NCBI GenBank assembly: GCA_010093605.1
Contig: MU004193.1
Span: forward strand, 751,520 to 815,519
Direction of reading: 5' to 3'
From: Lophium mytilinum
Taxonomy: Eukaryota
Length of the DNA stretch: 64,000 nucleotides
Shown here: positions 37,102 to 49,009 of the stretch, in pieces
How the letters are laid out: every line of letters starts with the position of its first letter
How positions within the stretch are numbered: position 1 is the stretch's first letter
The notes under the pieces: generated by a model
Databases searched by the model: none
What the model was told of the DNA's origin: nothing
What the model saw: only the letters and a program-made list of their open reading frames with translations
Program-made: the position numbers and the translations under genes

Positions 37102-39223
37102 GTTGTCGTATAGGGTTCGATTGATGGAGATGTATGGGAATCGAGTGATGATTGGGTGTTTGTAGGAGGTGTACGGATGAGAAAGAGGTATGCGGATGAT
37201 GATTGTAGTGTAACAGATCGTTGAAAGGCTTGAGTTGATGAATGGATGCCCAATTCAAGCTGTATGGAATAGTGCTTTATATAATAGATACTTCATAGTT
37301 AATGCAAGTGATGGATGAGGGCTAAGCATTCGGAATAAACATGCTGACATAGCTAGTCGTATGCTGCGGCAGTATACATCCAACCAATCCCAGGACTAAG
37401 AATCTTGATGCCTCGTGAATACGGTGTTGAATCAGAAGGCGTCATTCGCAGGATCTTTTCTTAGCCGCGCTACAGGTGACTTTGATGGCTGCCTTGTCTT
37501 ACGGAGTTGTGAGAGCCATGTCACCCGGTATCGAAGCGAAGCTAAGTTTACGTAGCCGTGTGTTCAATCAAGATTGCAATGCCGACTTATGCTGGGGAGG
37601 ACATGGTAATGGTGGTCTTACCCCTCACAGTAATAGTAGAAGCATCGGGCGGTGTGATGAGGCATATTGGAGCATGCGTACCTGGTAGGGAGAGACTACG
37701 GAAGAGCTCGTCTAAACCTACTAACATACAGAAAGGTACGGAGTTCGTCAAATCCTGCAATTCCGACTGATATGACCGAGTCAGGTCTCCCAGGACTAGG
37801 CGACAATCTGGATTCCCGATGTAAACAATCTCGGAATGCAAGTCAGAACGTCGTCAAGACAATAGCGAGAAGGTGTTACATGTGCACGAGAATTCAATCT
37901 ATGCTAAAACTGCATCTCTTTTGACAGCATCCTTGTAGGAGCAAGACACCTCTGAGCGACGCAAAATTCTGCTTGAAGAAAGTCAAGGAGAAAGGTGCGC
38001 TCATTGGAACAACACTGGAAGCATTGCAAGAGGACGCAGCATTCACAATGAGGTCCAAACCAACCCGAGAACGACGTCTGTCTGCCAGGGTACCTAAGAA
38101 CCAAATACACCCTTGGACTATCTGATAATTTATGTCGATGATGAATTCTAAAGCACTAAGCGTCTGCATTGAAACATCGTCGAACGGATAGCAAGACGAT
38201 GGCACATTTACACTAGGCTCTATGCCAACCTGCGAGCTACATTCCCTTGACACCCTACCTAGAGAGCGAAGACACCCCTGGGCTGTGCGATATTCTGCGT
38301 TCATAATGTAAAGGACGGAACAGCGCATGTTAGAACATATTCGACTACGGAGAAGCACTCAGGCTCCGAACTAGGCTGCTCCTCTTTTGACAGCCTATCT
38401 ATGGCATAAAGACGCCTCGGGGCTATGCGGGGTTCGCAGCAGCGAAAGGGTCTGCCGAGGCGCGTACATACCAGGCTTGGCATTCCTAAATCTGATAATG
38501 AACGCCGCGCACTAGTAAGGAGGGCAGTGTAATTGGATGCTTGTAGACCTGTGCATATTTGACGGTTTCCTGACCGCTTTCTCAAAAGAGAATGGCGTGA
38601 GAGAAATTTGTGTATACTGGTCTGCCACTGTCTGACTGGCCTCAGCAGGTCCTCATGTTTTTGAATAAAACCTTTTGAACGATCCGTCAAGCATGTCGGG
38701 CCACCTCAGACGACGTTATCCTGCACAGTTATGAATGCACTTGTGCGTGCCAAGCTAGGTCAGCTTACAAACTTCCACGACTAGAGCGAGTCAGGCAAGT
38801 CGCACGACGCCAGCGGACATCGGCATTGGAACTTCATATTCACTTTCCCTCATGGAGTCCTGCGACGACACCTCTCCGTGAGCAATTCCACAACGTGAGA
38901 AATTGATGCGCTGTTTTCTTCTCAAGCTGCGTGATTTTCAAGCATCCATCGGCGTTGACGTATGCTCTTCTTGCAAGCTTCATCCGACAACGCGTCTTCC
39001 CCACGTATACCATCAACGTAAGCATATCGTTGCATCCAGCCAAGGGGCTAGGTGCTACGGATCGACCGCCTCTTGACTGTGTCAATCCTCCTGGCCGCGC
39101 AAGGGGAGACCGGAGTGTCTAAGCCGAGTGGTGGGATATCGCCTAGTTCATTTTACCGCTGACAGCTGTGCTTCGCTTTCTCCTTCCAATATGACACGGA
39201 CTGGATTCCCTGCTCGATTAAGG

Positions 39224-42166
39224 ATGTCACACGAAAGCCGCAAGCTCAACACATCTTATCGACGGAATGGAAAGCTTCAATCGTGTGAACCGTGCCGTGA
39301 GTGCTACCGGGTCTCGTCATCGACCATCCGTACGCTTTTCTGCCACTGCTTGAGGCGCCTCGCGGGGGTATCAGAATTCCAGTTCAGATCGTTTTGGACA
39401 GCTGGTAAACTCGCGAGGCCACTCCAGACAGCGACCAAGAGGTGTGCACAGATTGGAAACGTGAATCTGCTAACAACGCTTCAGGCAAGGGAAAGCTGCG
39501 ATGCGATCATATGACACCCACTTGCGGCAGATGCGCCCGTCGAAACAAGTCTGACCAATGTGTATATCATCCTGCACCATTGACAAAAGGCCTTCCAACG
39601 CCGCAGTCGTCCATATCTACCACAGAACTGAGCCCAATGACAGGGTTGGGCTCCCAATCTGCGCCTCGATTGGATCATCAGTTTCGATCCCGCTCGAACG
39701 AGCAATTCGAGCCCCTTTCGAGTGGTCAATTCGAGCCCCGATTCGAGACCCGTTCAACTGAACAATACGAGCCCCGTTACAATTCCGACTGGGCCACCAC
39801 TAGTTTGACAGGCTTTGATAGCACGTCGAGCGTCCCCCGTAGGCATTTTCGAGCCAACAGCTTGCCGGCACCGCCTCGTCAAGCTCGTGATGATCCCCCT
39901 CAACGCCAAATGGCCTGGGGGGTGCCAGCAGATCTTCAGAGGAGTGCAGAATATCTTGGAGCGACGTCCTATTCGGCCGTTCTCGATGAGAACGAAATGC
40001 ACCTCGATTTCCCTCTAGCACAAACGGCGGCCGTGCCTAGCTCCGTCACGGCTCTGTCGAAGGCCCACGTCAAAAAAGGGGCAGAGGTCCTCTCTTTGCT
40101 AAAGGAAATGCCTCTGTTTGAAAAGTTTATAAATCATTGGATGTCCCTGTCACACGGGTACATCGTCATTGCTCCGATGATGAGAATTTGGACGTCTTCG
40201 CTCTGGGCTGTACATCATCGGGCCCTGGAAACACAGAAGCCCGAGGCGTTATTGAAGATGGCAGAGAGCATTTCGTTGAACACCATCAAGCCATTACAAT
40301 TTGATGGAAAAACTACACCACGGGAGTTTGCAGCTAGCTGTACAGGAGAACAGCTGCGCTGGGAGGTTGTTGGCATCGTCTTCGCTGCTGTAGGCGTAGT
40401 TTTAATGTCGCTAACAGACGGCAATCCTCTATTTTGCAATCTCGAGGACGCGCCTATGGACCGCAAACAGCTTGCACTGAAGGTGTGGGATGCTTCGGAG
40501 TCGTGCCTGTCTTTTTGTAACGATTTTGACATATTGAACGACGTTTTCCTTTGGCTTCTGTTCGAGAATTACGTGTTATCCAATTCTCTTCATTCAAAAG
40601 GCAGTTACGCTAATTGGCAAAAGTCTGGGGAGATCAACAATGCTTTACTGGCATTTGGACTTCATCAAGAGATTAAAGTCGACGCAGATACTCCATTTTT
40701 CATTGCCGAGTTCCGCAAACGCCTGTTTGTCCAAGCGTATGGAAGTGACAAAGCTACTGCAGCTTTTGTCGGACGACCTCCGCGACTTAGCCATCAGTAC
40801 TGTCTCCTACAACTCCCCCTCGACCTCAGCGATGATCAGCTCATGGCAGATGGTCTGGATATTGGCGTTGCTTTGACCTGCCTTGATGAGGAGGGCTGGA
40901 ATCGACGAGGGTCTATAAACTCGTGCACCTGGGCGCGAATATGTGCGCATGTGAGTAAACCCCAACCCACATAGAAAATCTACCGCTCTCAGACTGTGTG
41001 CGATTTCTTGCCACTGTCAGGGGTGCGCCAACACAAGGTCAAAACTGTGGACGAATCGGTTTGGAACAGCCAGTGACCCCGTCGGCCACCTCAGACAGTG
41101 GTAAAGCAAGGTACAGTGACAGGGCATAAGTCTGTGCACTTCCGAAGATTGTCACTGCTTAAGGTACTCCCCAGGAGTTTCGAAAGTCTAGGTGCGATGT
41201 CAAAGTCCAAGCAGTGTAAATCAGACTGCTCTTTGGCTCATTAGCCACTGACTAGCTAGGCCACCCCTATCAGTGGTGTCCGGCGAGCAAGATCGGAGCC
41301 GAGCAGTGATGATCTTCATGTGCCCAGACTTATGGCCTAGTATTGTGCACAGACTAGTGATGCGTGGTCTCAGCAATGATTCGAGAAATTGCACAGAACT
41401 TTGCTAATTTTACCGCCACTTGTAGCACGCTCGGATCTATGAGGATATACTAGAAATTTCTCTAGGTGTGCTAGATCAAGATATAGTCGCCAAGGCTCAT
41501 GCAATTGAGCAAAAGGCGCAATCTATTTGGGAAAGGCTGCCTAGTCACCTCCGGGTGAATCCAGAAATCCCTTGGGACACTAAACGCGCTCCAGTCGAAC
41601 ATGTTTTTCTCTACGGAATACAGCTTGATCACCTTGACCATCAATTTCTCATCCAGCGGGCTCTGATCAAAAAGGCAAATGTGGACGCTACACGGCTCGT
41701 ATTGATCGCAAAAGAGATGTTCAGGCATATACTCGTATGTGTCAACAACCGTGACGCGCTGGTTGACTTCCACCTCGACTTCACACAAGGACTCTGTACG
41801 CACGGTATTCCAGTTGCAGCTGTCATTGCCGTCGAATTATTACGCCAGGAGCGAAACCCCGGAACTACCGCTGATCCGCTTCCTCGATCTGATACTATCC
41901 AGGATCTGAGCGTCTTCGTCGCCTGCCTTGGCACGATCCGTCCGGATTGCAACGCCTACAATATTTGCAATCGTGGAAGACGATTTCTAAAATCAATACT
42001 GGACACTATTCTCTCGCCAGCGCCTTACTGCATCTCATCGAATTCAGGCGGTTCAGATGTCCATAATGACGTGCCGGCCCCTCACTTCTCAGGCAATGAT
42101 GGCGAATTCATGCGATGGCTCGAAACGATGGATTGGGAGCAGGATAGTTGGATCAATTTTGACTAG
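39224..42166 (+). CDS. Zn(II)2Cys6 transcription factor with fungal-specific TF domain, 3 exons
   Basis: RRNGKLQSCEPCR|KGKLRCDHMTPTCGRCARRNKSDQCVY, ALLAFGLHQE and FVGRPPRLS. Introns 39297-39484 and 40951-41425. Confidence 0.95.
41114..41345 (+). mobile_element. Tc1-type MITE, copy 3, in intron 2 of the Zn2Cys6 gene
   Basis: TA|CAGTGACAGGGCATAAGTCTGTGCAC ... GTGCCCAGACTTATGGCCTAGTATTG inverted termini. Confidence 0.85.
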
Positions 42167-42229
42167 CCTCTATAGCGCTTATTTTCCTGGCACTCGAAGA
42201 CTAGGCACACCCGAGTGGCATTATGGAAG

Positions 42230-43330
42230 TTAGATACCACTGCCAGGAGAAGCCCCGTTGCCAGGTAGCAGGACAGTAAATAGGAAGCCCAATTCCCACG
42301 CCCAGGAATTCAACTCCGTACAATCCTCTCCATTCTTATACGCCCAGATTATCCATCGTTTCGGCCGTACGCTTGCTCACACTACACCTCCGTTAGGAGT
42401 AGCCCGGCTAGCAGGAAGCCAACCAGCCAAGTAGAAGCGTAATTCCCGTGCTCTGGAAATTTGCCCCTAAAATCGTCCTTTCTCTTATGCACCTGGATAT
42501 TCAACCGGTCAAGCCGTATCATTTCTCGCTCAAAGTCACCGTTTGGAGTAGCTCAGCGAGCAGGAAGCCAACCAGCCAAATAGTAGCCCAATTCCCTTGT
42601 CGGAGAATTTGCATCCCTGAAATTACCTCCATTCCTGTACACACGGATATTCTACCGGTCGAACCGTACTCTTGCTCACTCGATACCACCGTCAGGAGTA
42701 GCTCAGCTAGTAGAAAGTCGATCAGCTAATCGGAAGCCTATTTCCCGTGCCCAAGAATCCACAGACCCTCGAAAGGAATCTTATTCTATGCGCACTATAC
42801 ACGACCGTTTAAGCTATGTATTTATTTATTTGATACCACCGTTAGGACAGATTAATCGTGGCTGAAATACTAAGGGTATATATTTTGAAATATTTTGGCA
42901 GTCTTCCAATTATCTTTGCGGGATGCGGAGTGACAGACATACCGGAGTGGTGCAGTGGTGAACACTAAACCCTCTATAAATAGGTAGAGCGCTGATAACA
43001 CTTGTCGGTATCTGTCGGTATTGATAATTTTTGAATTTTTTTGCCCTAGGTCAGGGTCCTAGGTTCGAATCTCAGAGCGCATTCTTTTTGCACCTCTTTT
43101 TCGGTCACGATGAAAACAAGTCAGGAGGTATTTATCGAGTACCCTAGTTGCCAGGAAACAGCCCGCCAATTGAAAGCCTAAGTCTCGTGCCCGAGAATCT
43201 AGGCCCTCAGACTTCTCTCCAACTACATGCACCTAAAACACCATCGTTCAAGCCATACTATCGCTTGCTCGATGCCACCGTCAGGAGCAGCCCAACTAGC
43301 AGGAAACTGGCCAGCCAAATGGCAACTTAA
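42230..43330 (+). repeat. Diverged ~150-bp tandem array, interrupted at 42848-43119
   Basis: Anchor GGAG(T/C)AGC-like at 42246, 42396, 42545, 42695 and 42845, resuming at 43124 and 43284. Confidence 0.85.
42941..43082 (+). tRNA. Degenerate intron-containing tRNA-like gene, nominal anticodon CTA (probable pseudo-tRNA)
   Basis: A-box TGGTGCAGTGG, D-stem GTG/CAC, CT-CTA loop, ~70-nt intervening sequence, GGTCA-GGGTC-CTAGG-TTCGAAT-CTCAG, then a T-run. The acceptor stem does not pair. Confidence 0.55.
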
Positions 43331-43480
43331 TCACCGCTACTTGCAATTTGACATCGGACCTGGACTTTGAAGCCCTCATGGGGGTGTCCCAGACAATGCC
43401 AAACGGTGTTACCACGGATCATTGCTTGATTTCATTCAAGGACCATGGTCCACACCTAAATTCGATTGGCCAACCAAAAC

Positions 43481-44314
43481 ATGCTCTCCCAGCTCTACAT
43501 CTCAATGCAGAACCATGGAACCGACTCGCAAGGTATTTCTTTTCCTGCACACATAAATTCTCGCAGAACGTACCAAAAATCCTACCTTCCACAAACCTCG
43601 AATACCGCCGCAATGCTCATAATAGGACCGCCACCAAACACCATAACGCCGGAGTACTCTCTCCCTACTATTATGTCCGAGGATCCTCTCCATACTGCTG
43701 CCTCCGAGTGGCCATTTGCAACGGCCATGTCGGCCCGCTCTTCCCTCAACACGTCCAACCGCTCTTTCGCAAGCGCTCAAGAAAATCTCCTACCACCAGG
43801 TCTTCAAAGATCCGCAAACTCGTCACAAAACACACTCAAGGGGACTACGGAGAGCCTCTGTACATCCATCTCTCAGGCCACCTTGGCATCCGATGCTCAC
43901 TCGGAGGTGAACGCAGCTTCCCATGCTCTCTCTCAGGTGACCACAGCATCCGATGCCTCGTTCGGGACCCAGCTCATGAACACCCTCCGTCCATCAGCCC
44001 TTCTGTCACAGTACACGGACATGGCCTGCAACGATTTTGTCGTGTCACCAGACTGCCGACCACCTCTCCGCTGCTGCGAAAAATCCCAATCTATCATTAA
44101 GTCACTTACGGGTCCTTGGAAAGCACTGAGGAACAAAATGGATGACCGCAAGTTCAAAAAGATCAAGGAGAAGGTAAAGAGAGATAACGTGCGCAATAAA
44201 AGAAAAACAGATCCGTGGCGCGATATGCGAGTTCCGCGTCGCAGACTCACGATTCTTGGGCGCAGGAGTTCGGGTAGTAGAATAACAAGGATAAACGGGG
44301 TCAAGATTGCCTGA
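43481..44314 (+). CDS. Hypothetical Ser/Thr-rich protein with basic C-terminus
   Basis: ~277-aa ORF with an internal SQ(A/V)T(L/T)ASDA repeat and no recognised domain. Confidence 0.4.
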   Translation: MLSQLYISMQNHGTDSQGISFPAHINSRRTYQKSYLPQTSNTAAMLIIGPPPNTITPEYSLPTIMSEDPLHTAASEWPFATAMSARSSLNTSNRSFASAQENLLPPGLQRSANSSQNTLKGTTESLCTSISQATLASDAHSEVNAASHALSQVTTASDASFGTQLMNTLRPSALLSQYTDMACNDFVVSPDCRPPLRCCEKSQSIIKSLTGPWKALRNKMDDRKFKKIKEKVKRDNVRNKRKTDPWRDMRVPRRRLTILGRRSSGSRITRINGVKIA

Positions 44315-45450
44315 GAGTCGACATTCACATTCATTGGGCGATACGGGAATAACTGTGTAGAGTTGGCTGGTATGGGATGAGAACAACAGTGCTAGCTTTG
44401 ATTTCCCGGCAAATGTGACGGAACTAGCTCCAAAGGGTTGAGGTTTGCAATCTTATAGACAATGCGCGCGACAGCGTGTGTACTTTCCTTTTGAAAATTT
44501 GGGGCAATAGTTTCACTTTCTTTTATATGAGGCATTGGACATATGAGATAGATAGATACTATGGAGAAAGATGGAGTTTCTTTTCTTTGTGTGTGCCGAG
44601 ATCAGGTAGAGGCCTTTACCCCACGGTTCCCGTGGCCCCTGATGTCGTTACCAGACCTAACAACTCTTCCATGTGGATACCCTCATCCTCAAGCGGCATC
44701 AGAAGGCTATGTCTTCGCCGCTTCAACCTCCCCAGTGATGCCGTATGCGAGGGCAGTGCCGTGGAAAGTTTGGGAAGCAATAAAAACTAACTATTTGGTC
44801 ATCAAAGAAAACCCCCTTCTACCACTAGCATCTCAATCTTTCTTCCAACATTTTGTCCATTTTCAAGTCCCGTAAGACGCAAAAGCAGCACTTCAAACCT
44901 GTTCTCATACCCTCTTGAACTCTGTATGCCCTTCCATACGTCAAACCGGACATTTCGAGATCTGCCAAAAAGCTCCCAGATGGCCTTGTTCTTGCCCGCG
45001 ATGCTGAGTCTTCTCGAGATACCTTTGATGTCCCTCGTATTTTGCTTGTCTCTTCGTCGTCTATTCCTTCAATAGAAATTCGACGTTCATCACCAGCCGG
45101 CTTTTTGTCGGCCGGCTACATTTCCTCCAATAAAATGAAGTTCTACTTACATTGTATCTATTGATCTCAAGCCGATAATCCCATTGGACGAAAGTTGAAT
45201 TTGATCCACAATGTCTTTTGATGGTCGGGTATATACCCAATGAGAGCATTACATTCATCACAATGCTCTTTGAGTGTAAAGGTCAGAGGATCAGGCATGA
45301 GACACTTTGTGCTCCTTTTATACATATCAATGTTTTTACTGCTAAGAAGTCTAGTGATCGAGCGCCTCTCATACGCTCTAAACAACAATCCTTCATTAGC
45401 GTCCGAGAAGCCTCTATATTTTACCTCTACCTGAAGATACACTTTCTTCG

Positions 45451-46419
45451 ATGGATCCCGAATATGCGAACTCCGCGGATCAGTTCTGTGACGACTACGA
45501 ACATATAAGATCCCTTGCAGCAGAGGCTGAAAGTGTAGTAGAGCTTTTTGCCCGCCGTGATAACCCCAAGGAGTTGATCGCAGCTAAGATCGTCCGTCGG
45601 AAGAACTCAATATCCAAAACAACCCCACAAGAAGTACTTTTACTAAGTCGTACAGGCAAATGCGATCGGATCGTTGAGCTTTTCGGTCACATTCCAAGCT
45701 TTCCTAATCCCAGAGCATCCGCAATACTCCTCGAATTCTGTCAACACGGATCTCTATACGATTACGCAAACATAGTCCACGCGAAACGAGTTCATATACC
45801 AGAAGAGCAGATCTGGAGATTATTCAAGCAGCTCGCAGAGGCGCTGACGTTTCTCCATCGTGATTCCACTGCAGAAGATCCAGATTGGAGACCGATCGTC
45901 CATCGAGATATCAAACCCGCGAACATACTACTCACCAGTATACCAGATGCTCCGGGAAGGAATATTAACGTGAAGCTGGCGGACTTTGGTTTATCCGACT
46001 TCTACGACCCAAACGATTGCTGGTTCGAAGCAGGTACCGCCGAATACCAGCCACCTGAACAAACCCTGTGGGCTTCATATGCGACACCGGCCGGAGACGT
46101 CTGGGCAGTAGGATCAAGCATTCATCATCTACTACACCGGAAGTTCACGATTGAGGACCCGGCGGTGTTTGCGTTGGAATGGAAGCAGGACTATCCTATG
46201 GAAGATGAAAATATGCGGGATCATTACTTTTTCGTGCGCGCTGTACCACGGCGCGTGTTTCCTATCAATCAACCTCTGCCGTGGGGGGACTACAAAGGCT
46301 ATTCCGATAGCCTGAATAGCGTCTTCCTATCTGCGCTGGCCTTCGATCCCGCCAAGAGACCATCGGCTGCGCAACTTCTCGAGTACATTGAGGACTGTCC
46401 TCCGTGTGCCTCTTTTTGA
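45451..46419 (+). CDS. Ser/Thr protein kinase (Nek/NIMA-like catalytic domain), single exon
   Basis: IAAK, LEFCQHGSL, IVHRDIKPANILL, KLADFG, GTAEYQPPE, DVWAVG and DPAKRPSA. Confidence 0.9.
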   Translation: MDPEYANSADQFCDDYEHIRSLAAEAESVVELFARRDNPKELIAAKIVRRKNSISKTTPQEVLLLSRTGKCDRIVELFGHIPSFPNPRASAILLEFCQHGSLYDYANIVHAKRVHIPEEQIWRLFKQLAEALTFLHRDSTAEDPDWRPIVHRDIKPANILLTSIPDAPGRNINVKLADFGLSDFYDPNDCWFEAGTAEYQPPEQTLWASYATPAGDVWAVGSSIHHLLHRKFTIEDPAVFALEWKQDYPMEDENMRDHYFFVRAVPRRVFPINQPLPWGDYKGYSDSLNSVFLSALAFDPAKRPSAAQLLEYIEDCPPCASF

Positions 46420-46793
46420 GATTAGTAGAAAGATAGTAACGGATATAATAAAGCATTAGTGTACAACGGTTGCGAAAATAATATTCGCAAATAGGACCAG
46501 ACTAGAAAGTCGCCGGACCGCTTTAACGAAGGCTATAGCGATAAGATGGTGCAAAGGCTTTATTATCGCGAGAACTTGAAGTAATTCCATCTGTAGTGCC
46601 ACCCCCGACCCTACCAGACCAGTCCACTCAAGCATGTCATGAACATCACCCCGTAAATCACGAGCGTGGAAAAGCAGCCTAAAACACGATTATAAAGCGG
46701 CCTCTCTAATTTGAGCCTATGTACCCAGCCACCTCCACGCCCCAATATACAATCGGGCTCCCCCACACGCTGCCACCCTAATTCTCTAGCCCT

Positions 46794-48926
46794 CTAATCC
46801 CTCTTCGTCTCCAAATGCTCCACCACCTCCTCATCGCCCAGCTTCTCCTGCACGCGCTGCAAATCCGGCACAACAACCTCCTCGCCGAAGATCTGCCCAA
46901 TCTCCTCGAGCGACTTCCCTTTCGTCTCCGGGAAGATCAAGAACACCGTAATCGCGCCCACGATATTAGTGCAGATGAATAGCGAGTAGTACTTGTACCC
47001 GACATCTGCGAACGCGATAGGCGACACTTGGTTGAAGATGATGTTGATGAGAACGTTGCAGATAATCGCGATGGAAGAGCCCTTGGCGCGGATGGCCATG
47101 GACATGATTTCTGGGACGTAGATATAATGGATGGAGTTGTAGCCGAGGGAGTAGCTGTTGGCACAAGCGTTAGCAAATGAAGAGACGGAGAGGAGGTGGA
47201 TGAGCTTACATGATGGAGAAGCAGAAGATGAAGGCGATGGTGAAGCCTTTCGCGACCATGTTGTCTGATTTACCGTACCCGCCGCTCAGGCCCATGACGA
47301 GTGACATGTCGATGGTCATAGCGATGCCGGTGATCCAGAGCGTCTTCCTGCGGCCCCATGTGTCTACATAGCGGAGACAAATGAGATTGGCAATTGGGCC
47401 TACGAGGCCGTACACACTATCATTACATGTTAGTGCTGTTTTTCAACAAGACCACGGATCGAGGCTAATCAAGACTTACCCAGCAAGGAGCGTGACAGTA
47501 TGGCCGTGCATCCCGAGCCCCTTGTATAGATCCGTTTGGTAATAATTGATAACATTGATACCAGACAGCTGCGTGAACGCTTGTACCAAGATAGCGAGGA
47601 TGAGGCGTTTCCGATTCGTCTTCTTCGTGAAGAGTTCGCCCCAAGTAGCGCTTTGTTGGCTCTTCTCGAAGCGCAGTTGGTCGCGCATTTGGTAGAACTC
47701 GGCGCGGAAGAAGGAATCGTCGGCGCCGATGTTGCCATGAAGCCGCTTGATGACGGCGAGGGCCTCTTCATCACGCTCTTGTTCGAGCAGCCAGCGTGGG
47801 GAGTATGGGAGCCAGAAGATTCCGACTAGGACAATGATAGCTGGGAGGCACTCTGGTAGAGGGTTAGGCTTGCTTAGGTTGGACGAGAACAAGGGAAGGG
47901 AAGGGACGTACGGAATGCGAGAGGGAATCGCCACATGAAGTCGCCGCTGGCGTAGGAGCAGCCGAATCCGACCCACTGCGATATGTTAGTCTTCCTGTTT
48001 CTGTTGAATATGGGAGAGCGTACGTACGTTGGCGACTGCGAACCCGATACCAACGAATTGCGCGTGGAGACCGGCAATCATACCACGCTTGTGCGGAGGC
48101 GCGATCTCAGAGTTGTAGATGGGGATAGTCATATCTAAAAATAGTCAGGATGCCGCGGATTTGACACTGATTGATCCCTCTTACTCATGATACCGACGGC
48201 GAAGCCTCCAACGATACGTCCCGCGATGAGCATGCCGATGTGAACCGATGAAGCTTGGATGATTCCTGCAATGAGAGCAATGACCGCGCCGATGGCAATA
48301 GTCTTCTTTCGTCCTGGTTGCAATGGTGAGTGGGAACTTCTTTTGCGGTTGAAAAGGGTGGGATTTACCTAGGTAATCGGCGGCCCATCCTGCAAAGAAC
48401 ACACCGAATACAGTGCCGCCTCCAAACGTGCTAACAACGGCTCCTTTGATGCTTGCTAAAGAACGGTCAGCAAACAGGTCAAACGTATATGCACACTTGG
48501 TCGCCGTTGCTTGGGGTGCCCCCACACGATATCAGGAATCCACGGGCAATGTCGAATTCCAAATAGTTCAGATCAGTTTACCTCTTGACTACCTAGCTAC
48601 CAGTAGCCAGACCACCCCTGACAGTGGTTTCGAAGGGGCATGATTCGAGCCAAGCAGTGATAGATTCGAGTGTCCAGACTTTTCTTTGTACTATAAGGGT
48701 GGAAGGGAGGAGTCTTACGGGTGAAGGGGTGGAAGTACTCCTGGAATGCCGATTGAGAGATGGTCGTCGAGACAATACCGGAGTCGATACCGTACAGAAG
48801 AGAACCAACCTGATTGATGTCAATTGATTGAAGATATTAACGAACAAGACGGAAACATACAGCGGCGAACAAGCCGCACCCCCATGTGTAAGCGTTCACC
48901 GACTGCTTCACTTTGACTTCACTCAT
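46794..48926 (-). CDS. MFS sugar porter family transporter, multi-exon
   Basis: LLYGIDSG, ADYLGRK, LIAGRIVGG, SEIAPP, PYSPRWL, QLSGINVINYY, DTWGRR and PETKGKSLEEI, with GT-AG introns. Confidence 0.95.
48468..48693 (+). mobile_element. Tc1-type MITE, copy 4, in the 263-bp intron 48456-48718 of the sugar transporter
   Basis: Colinear blocks TGCTTGGGGTGCCCC, CAATGTC, CCACCCCTGACAGTGGT, GAGCCAAGCAGTGAT and GTGTCCAGACTT match copy 3. Confidence 0.75.
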
Positions 48927-49009
48927 GATGAAGGCACTCTAGAGGAGATCAGAGATGACTTGGAGAGAGAAGGAAGAAATTGATGCAGAGAGACCAGAAA
49001 AGGAATGAT

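Noticed and set aside
42448..42729. 93-aa ORF in the 150-bp array as a repeat protein
   Set aside because: One period is 149 bp and the neighbouring units carry stops, so the frame is not maintained.
40951..48718. Intronic repeats as introner elements
   Set aside because: The repeats lie inside the introns rather than defining their splice boundaries, and they also occur intergenically.
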